Positions 26,733 through 31,729 of a stretch of DNA of 31,729 nucleotides are shown here, in pieces. Location: positions 1 through 31,729 of IMG/VR virus record IMGVR_UViG_3300012940_000074, one strand, 5' to 3'. The position numbers and the translations under genes were made by a program. This DNA comes from a virus (taxonomy: Duplodnaviria > Caudoviricetes). The notes beneath the pieces were generated by a model. It was not told the DNA's origin, did no database searches, and saw only the letters and a program-made list of their open reading frames with translations. Each line of letters opens with the position of its first letter. Position 1 is the stretch's first letter.

Positions 26733-27463
26733 CGCGCACCTCCCGCACGCGGCCGGCGCGCGTTCCACTCGATGCACAGCTCAATGCCCTTGAATGCCTC
26801 CGCCGTGGCCTTGACGAGGCTGTTGCTCTTCGCTACGCGCTCGATGGTGGCGATACCGTTCATCACCAGGCGCATCTTTCCTTCGCTCTGGCGGTGCAGC
26901 TCGCGTACAAGTTCGGCGCCGATATCGACTTCTGCCAACTGCTTGCACGCCAACTGCACATCCTGTTCGGTGAGCGGCTGGAAATGGACGACCTGGGCGA
27001 TGCGGCTGCTGATCTGCGGGTAACGCGCGATGCGGGACTCGATCGTTTCCATGCCGACCAGGACGACGAGCGTCTCGGTCAGGTCGCTGATGTCGCGCAC
27101 GCATTCCAGGATCGAGGCGCTTGAGCGCACCGTGAACTCGGCTTCGTCGATGATGATCGGCGTCTGCCGCGCACCGACGGCGCCGATGATGCGCGCCTGC
27201 ATGTCGTGGTTCGTGGTGTTGGTCTGGATGCGCAGCGTCTCCGCCATCTCGACCAGCAGACCGCGCTTGGTCCACGTTTCTTTTGCACGCAGGTAGACGG
27301 CGTTGGTATCGACCGCGAAGCGGTCCACCGTCTCGCTCTTGCCGAGTCCGGCCGGGCCGGTCACGAGCATCAGCGAGGCCTCGCGCGCACCGCGCTGCTC
27401 GACCGCTTTGACGGCCTGCACGAAGCGTGCGTAGTTGCTGTTTTGGACGAAACCTTTTTTCAC
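26729..27463 (-). CDS. Transposition ATPase B (MuB-like AAA+)
   Basis: Walker A GPAGLGKS, Walker B IIIDEA, LVGM, SRI; follows the transposase. Confidence 0.93.
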   Translation of the reverse strand: MKKGFVQNSNYARFVQAVKAVEQRGAREASLMLVTGPAGLGKSETVDRFAVDTNAVYLRAKETWTKRGLLVEMAETLRIQTNTTNHDMQARIIGAVGARQTPIIIDEAEFTVRSSASILECVRDISDLTETLVVLVGMETIESRIARYPQISSRIAQVVHFQPLTEQDVQLACKQLAEVDIGAELVRELHRQSEGKMRLVMNGIATIERVAKSNSLVKATAEAFKGIELCIEWNARRPRAGGAR

Positions 27464-27527
27464 CTATACTCTCCCTCAGTCACTTGCTGTGGCTACTTCA
27501 ACTCGGCTGTCTGGGCGCTGCAGACGC

Positions 27528-29726
27528 TCAGACAGCCACCTTAAAAACTTCTCCCTCCGCCCCGTCCCAAGCCAGGCCAAGCGCTTCGAACCGTTCACGC
27601 AGCGCCTCGTAGATATCGCTGCCGACGAAGCCGGCCAGGAATTGGCGATCGCTTTCAGTCCAGGCGTCGCGGTGCTGCATGAGCCATTCGTAGCGATCGG
27701 AATCGATCATGAAAATCGGGCGCGCGTTACTGGTGCTGCTTGCCTCTGCAGGCGAGTGTGCGAAGACCTCGATCGCTTCCTCGCGGCGAACGCTCAGATC
27801 GCCCAACTCCAGCACCGGGCTAGCGTTGTTCTTCAGGGCGAAGGTGGCGTCCTGCACGTCGTGCATCGGCGCCCCTTGCTGCTCCAGGCGTACTTCCTGC
27901 AGCTTGGCTTCCAGCCGGCGGGCACGGCCATCCGCGCGCTTGCGGGCGGCCCGTTCCAGGAACGATTCGGAGAAGTAAGCGCGCTTGTTCGCCTCGAAGC
28001 CCGCTGTGCAGATGAAGCGGCCCTGCTGGTCGTACACCCACACCTGGTCGCCATCGTGGATGTCGTAGGCCACGCGCACGACGTCGCCGTGGTACTCGGT
28101 CAGCTCCTGGGCGAAATACAGGTTGTTGAACAGGCGAATCTCGCCGCGCAGCACCTTGGCCTCGCGTTGCGGGCGGAACAGCTCACGTGCTTCGGCCTTG
28201 GTCACGGTGACCAGTTGCGCGCCTTCCTTGACGCCGTGCTCCCACGCCTCGTTCGGCGACATGTGCCGGCGGCGGCCGAGCGTCGGATCGAACACCATCG
28301 GCAGGCTGCGGTGCGGCCGGTTGTTGTAGGTCGCGATCTTGTCGTTGCAGAAGGCGATGAAATCGTTAAACGGCATCAGGTACTTGCTGCGGCCGGCGAG
28401 CACCACGTCACGGCGCGTCAGCTTGTGCACCTTCTGCTTGGCTTGCGCGTCCATGGTGGCGCCGATGTAGGTCGGCAGCTCCTTGGCGGCGCGGACCCAC
28501 AGCGTTTGATGGGCGCGCTCGATGACGCCGCGCGCCTGCGAGTTGTAGGCAATCGAGTGCGTCATCGTGAAGCCAAGGCGACTCGACATGCCGATGCCGG
28601 GTTGGCTCATCAGCGCGTTCTTGTAGCCGGAGCCGTTGTCGACGTAGAAGGCAGAGGGGATGCCGCCGATTTCGCAGGCGTGGCGCAGGGCGTCCAGGAC
28701 GGCCAGGCCACTTTCCGCAAGATCTACGCTCCAGCCCACTGCACGCCTGGTAGCGACGTCGAGCACGGTCGTCACTTCGGGGCGGAACGGCTTGCCGTGT
28801 GCCGGGTGCGCAATCTCGGCGTCGAAGGTGTGGCCGTCGGCGGTGTACACGTCGGCCGGCCACAGCATGCCGCTGTCGCGCCGGACGAAAGGCTTGATGT
28901 TCTTGAGGTCGCGCGGGCCCATGCGACCGGCCTGCAGCTCGACGTTTCCCATCTTGCCGAGGAGCCGGCGCGCGCGGTGATAAAGGGCGTCCTTGTCCAG
29001 GCCGTGCTTGGCAGCCACTTGCTCGACTGCCCAGGCGAGGCTGGGCTTCTGCGGCCGCTGGTATTCGACCATTAGGTCGGTCGCCCAAGCGGGGATGCGT
29101 ACTACAGCGTGCTGATCCTTCGGTGCCAGGGCATCGACGGCATTAACGCCGGCTGCAGCTGGCTGGTACGCCTTGAACCAGTCGTAAATGGTGCGGCGGC
29201 TGAGCGTGCGCTTGCCGTCGCGGCCGGCGCGGGCGTTCGCCACAGGCACGAGCTGCGCAAGGTGCTCGGGCAGTGTGCCGTCCTGCGCCATGATGACCAC
29301 CTTCATGATCGCTTTCTCGCGGCCCACGATCTGGGCGATGCGGTCGACCTCGCGCAGGATCGCGGCGCGCGCCTCGGCGGTGCGCTTCTGCCAGTCCTTT
29401 AACGCACCGGCTTGGGTGGCGACCGTCATCGCAGTGGAGGCTGCGCTGGCAGGGGGAAGGGGGCTGCCAGATGGAATGACGGCCGCCGCCGAAGCCGGCG
29501 CGGATTGTGTGAGGGCGCGGATGACAACCTGATCCTTGATGGCCGCCATGATCAGCGCCGGCGGCGCGTACTCGCGGCGGATTCCGCCGCGTCCTCGCGT
29601 GCCCTTGACCTCGATCGATGGCCACTTCTCGCGTGCGACCAGCACCTCGATCCCTTGGCGGGAGCGTGGCAGACCTTCGAGGCCAAACGCGAGCAGTTCG
29701 GCTGTGGTGTAGTAGGTCTTGATCAT
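27528..29726 (-). CDS. Mu-type DDE transposase A (732 aa)
   Basis: N-terminal Mu HTH (GRGGIRREY), DDE core TADGH / YVDNGSGY / RGVIER, YNNRPHRSL and Mu C-terminal domain. Start at 29726 by ATGA overlap. Confidence 0.96.
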   Translation of the reverse strand: MIKTYYTTAELLAFGLEGLPRSRQGIEVLVAREKWPSIEVKGTRGRGGIRREYAPPALIMAAIKDQVVIRALTQSAPASAAAVIPSGSPLPPASAASTAMTVATQAGALKDWQKRTAEARAAILREVDRIAQIVGREKAIMKVVIMAQDGTLPEHLAQLVPVANARAGRDGKRTLSRRTIYDWFKAYQPAAAGVNAVDALAPKDQHAVVRIPAWATDLMVEYQRPQKPSLAWAVEQVAAKHGLDKDALYHRARRLLGKMGNVELQAGRMGPRDLKNIKPFVRRDSGMLWPADVYTADGHTFDAEIAHPAHGKPFRPEVTTVLDVATRRAVGWSVDLAESGLAVLDALRHACEIGGIPSAFYVDNGSGYKNALMSQPGIGMSSRLGFTMTHSIAYNSQARGVIERAHQTLWVRAAKELPTYIGATMDAQAKQKVHKLTRRDVVLAGRSKYLMPFNDFIAFCNDKIATYNNRPHRSLPMVFDPTLGRRRHMSPNEAWEHGVKEGAQLVTVTKAEARELFRPQREAKVLRGEIRLFNNLYFAQELTEYHGDVVRVAYDIHDGDQVWVYDQQGRFICTAGFEANKRAYFSESFLERAARKRADGRARRLEAKLQEVRLEQQGAPMHDVQDATFALKNNASPVLELGDLSVRREEAIEVFAHSPAEASSTSNARPIFMIDSDRYEWLMQHRDAWTESDRQFLAGFVGSDIYEALRERFEALGLAWDGAEGEVFKVAV

Positions 29727-30163
29727 GCGCCCACCCCGAGCATCCGTTCCATTGCTTGCATGCGCCGCTTGATGTCGTCGCTCATCGCCTTCAGCTTCCC
29801 GTACTCGGCGTTTAACGCATCGCGGCCCACGGCCAGACGGGCGCCCCGCTTCGTGGCAAGCCAGGAAGACATCGCGTGCGACTTGCACGCCGCTTCTGCA
29901 GCGGGCACCAGGTAGAAGGGGATGTTGTAGGCGTCGCGGCTTTCCGACGTCCATGCGTCGAGCATGTATTTGCTGACCTCACGTCCAGTCAGGCGCGACA
30001 TTTCCGCGGCGATCTGGAAACGGTCCATGCCCGATTCCGCGAACATGGTGCTCAGCAGGGCCGCAACCTCTGCCCCGTAGTTCATGCTGGCCGGATTGGG
30101 CGCTGGCGCCTGCGGCACCATGAACATGTCGTCAGTGAAGAGATCGCGATTGCGGCGGGACAT
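29723..30163 (-). CDS. Conserved regulatory-type protein between ner and A
   Basis: 146 aa, RFQIAAEMSRLTGREVSKYMLDAWTSESR; SD GGAGG. Confidence 0.8.
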   Translation of the reverse strand: MSRRNRDLFTDDMFMVPQAPAPNPASMNYGAEVAALLSTMFAESGMDRFQIAAEMSRLTGREVSKYMLDAWTSESRDAYNIPFYLVPAAEAACKSHAMSSWLATKRGARLAVGRDALNAEYGKLKAMSDDIKRRMQAMERMLGVGA

Positions 30164-30165
30164 GT

Positions 30166-30483
30166 CTACGCCCTCCCTGCCGCATGAACATTGCAGTCAT
30201 GACTGCAATTCTTGATACTATCCAGTGCGTTTAACGCACCCGTCCGCTTGGCCTTTTTCGCCGCGCGTTTCGCGTATCTGGTAGGCCAGATTTCCTGTGG
30301 CTTGACTCCGATCGCAGCCGCGATGATTCCTTCAGCCTTCGGCCAGGAGCGTTGCAACGCAATGGAGAGTGCCGTTGGGTAGTAACCGTTGTCCCGCGCC
30401 AGTTGCCGAAGACTCGTTTCATTCATGCGCAGCCGGGCAACGATCATTGCCGAGTGCCAGTCCGCTTTTTGTTTGGATTTCAT
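30166..30483 (-). CDS. ner: Ner/Nlp-family HTH regulator
   Basis: DWH...SLRQLAR...WPKAEGIIAAAIGVKPQEIWPTRY; divergent from the repressor. Confidence 0.93.
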   Translation of the reverse strand: MKSKQKADWHSAMIVARLRMNETSLRQLARDNGYYPTALSIALQRSWPKAEGIIAAAIGVKPQEIWPTRYAKRAAKKAKRTGALNALDSIKNCSHDCNVHAAGRA

Positions 30484-30675
30484 TGTTGGCCGCGATGTTT
30501 AACGTGTAGACATGGCGGCATGTTAATTCATTCGCGCAAAATTGCGCGAATGAATAATCACTATTTGCTTATTTGAATTAATTAGGTTTTGCTAAAACGC
30601 GCAAAATCAACGACCTAGGAATATGCAAGTGCGCAAATATTCGTGCTGCTCCGTTGCATATTGGGGACTGTGAAT
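30484..30675. promoter_or_regulatory. Divergent immunity/operator region
   Basis: AT-rich. Perfect inverted repeat ATTCATTCGCGCAA-AA-TTGCGCGAATGAAT (30526-30555) and further GCGCAAA copies at ~30599 and 30631. Confidence 0.8.
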
Positions 30676-31428
30676 ATGCAACTCGACTCGAAGCTGTTCG
30701 AAGAGCGCCTGAAAGAGGCGGTCAGGCCGGAGCCGCTTAATCGGTGGTGCGACCGGGTGGGCGTGAGCTACTCCACGCTGAACAGTGCGTTCAGGAGAAA
30801 GGCCATCCCGAACACCGAGCTGGTGGCCCAGATCAGCATTGCCCTGGGCAAGTCAGTCGACTGGCTGCTCGGCCTGACCAATGAACCGTCCCGGATGCTC
30901 AGCTACGGCGCCATGCTGATCGAGGATCAACCGCGAGCCATCCCGCACGGAGAGAGCGAGAGCGCAGAGGAACAGGGCACCACGGACTGGAGCGAGTTCG
31001 TGCAGGTTCCTCTCTATGACGTCAGCGCTTCTGCGGGGCATGGAGCCTTTGCGCCATCGCATGAGAATGTCGATCGGTACCTAGCATTCCGTCGGGACTT
31101 CATCCAGGGGGTACTGGGCCTAAATTCGGCTCGGCTTTATTGCATCAAGATTCGTGGTGTCAGCATGGAGCCGCTATTGCGGAACGGGCATCCTGCCCTT
31201 GTCGACCCGGACGACAATGAAGTGTTGTCCGAGGGGCCGCATTTCCTGCGTATGGAGGGCGCGCTGCTCGTTAAAAACCTGCAGCGTCTCCCGGGCGCCC
31301 GGCTGCGTATCTGGTCCGAGAACCAGACAACCAGCGCCTACGCGCCGATCGAGCTGGACTGGCCGCCACGTGAAGGCGTAGATCTGCAGGTGCTCGGCCG
31401 CCTTCGGTGGTCCGACTGCATTTTCTGA
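30676..31428 (+). CDS. Phage repressor, HTH plus S24 (LexA/CI-type) peptidase domain
   Basis: N-terminal HTH (...SVDWLL), SAG cleavage site, GVSMEP Ser and VKNLQ Lys. ATG 30676 preferred; GTG 30643 is the alternative. Confidence 0.92.
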   Translation: MQLDSKLFEERLKEAVRPEPLNRWCDRVGVSYSTLNSAFRRKAIPNTELVAQISIALGKSVDWLLGLTNEPSRMLSYGAMLIEDQPRAIPHGESESAEEQGTTDWSEFVQVPLYDVSASAGHGAFAPSHENVDRYLAFRRDFIQGVLGLNSARLYCIKIRGVSMEPLLRNGHPALVDPDDNEVLSEGPHFLRMEGALLVKNLQRLPGARLRIWSENQTTSAYAPIELDWPPREGVDLQVLGRLRWSDCIF

Positions 31429-31448
31429 TCGGCTTGGGATGGTTTAGG

Positions 31449-31606
31449 TGCAGAATCCCGCGCAAAAATCGCCGGAGTTTACGTAAACGCGCCGATTTTT
31501 TGCAAAACGACCGCCCCTAACGAAAAAGCCGGAAACCCGCGTCATTGCTGGGTTTCCGGCTTTTTTCATGGGCTCCCGGATATGCAGAAGCACTCACCCC
31601 CTCACA
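31449..31606 (-). repeat. Prophage left end with candidate transposase-binding repeats
   Basis: TGCA(G/A)AA at 31449, 31501 and 31583, ending ...CCCCTCACA at 31606. Confidence 0.65.
31522..31567. terminator. Bidirectional intrinsic terminator
   Basis: AAAAAGCCGGAAACCC-N11-GGGTTTCCGGCTTTTTT, downstream of the repressor. Confidence 0.85.
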
Positions 31607-31729
31607 TATTCTCGCTCTGCTCATAGAGAATCGAGATCATCACCTCCCGATCGCAATTCGGTGGAGCTGCCGCTGATCAACCTCCAATGGAACTTGATTC
31701 CCAGGTCCGTCCATACGAAATACACCCAC

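Larger units (their letters stand above)
1..31606 (-). mobile_element. Mu-like transposable prophage (siphovirus-type tail), truncated at the window start
   Basis: Mu-type gene order: repressor/ner/A/B, early region, Mor/C, lysis, terminase-portal-F-G-I-T, then tail. The minus strand begins TGTGAGGGG at 31606, the expected TG terminus. Confidence 0.95.

Noticed and set aside
532-29915. Long + strand ORFs (e.g. 532-1503, 4950-5978, 9758-11119, 13436-14815, 27435-29075)
   Set aside because: Antisense shadows of GC-rich minus-strand genes, with no recognisable motifs.
9911-29954. Over-long 5' extensions in the ORF track (11371, 20005, 20706, 22765, 24555, 25624, 26174, 26784, 29954)
   Set aside because: They overlap genuine upstream genes. 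Internal starts with SDs or stop-start overlaps fit better.
1-31729. Diversity-generating retroelement, invertase/shufflon or mom-type modification gene
   Set aside because: None seen in this window. They could lie in the missing right arm.
31607-31729. Host gene fragment
   Set aside because: Two minus-strand frames are open for 29-35 codons. This is too short to choose a frame or name a product.

Overview
Positions 1-~31606 are the left ~80% of an apparently intact Mu-like (transposable) prophage with a non-contractile, lambda-type tail. It is GC-rich and probably betaproteobacterial (host assignment is inference). Almost all genes are on the minus strand. Reading from the right: TG...CA left end (~31606), divergent S24-type repressor and ner, DDE transposase A and AAA ATPase B, a semi-essential early region (DUF3164, DUF2786, GemA, small ORFs), Mor/C-type activator, lysis cassette (holin, SLT endolysin, small secreted protein, Rz with embedded Rz1), terminases, portal, gpF, gpG, protease/scaffold, capsid, connectors, tail tube, frameshifted chaperones, a 1785-aa tape measure protein, a distal-tail protein and a repeat-containing fibre cut by the window edge. 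About 120 bp of presumed host DNA follows. Signals not explained by the gene list: (1) a ~90-nt four-way-junction, tRNA-like RNA on the opposite strand, convergent on a gpF that carries a nuclease-like C-terminal extension and has no protein immunity gene; (2) about 29 dispersed WTTAACG motifs, often built from rare TTA codons; (3) two CTGACA-N2-TGTCAG boxes, each exactly 25 bp from a -10 element, ahead of the late operons; (4) a capsid protein with a signal-peptide-like leader. Family names come from motif recognition and synteny; no database searches were run.
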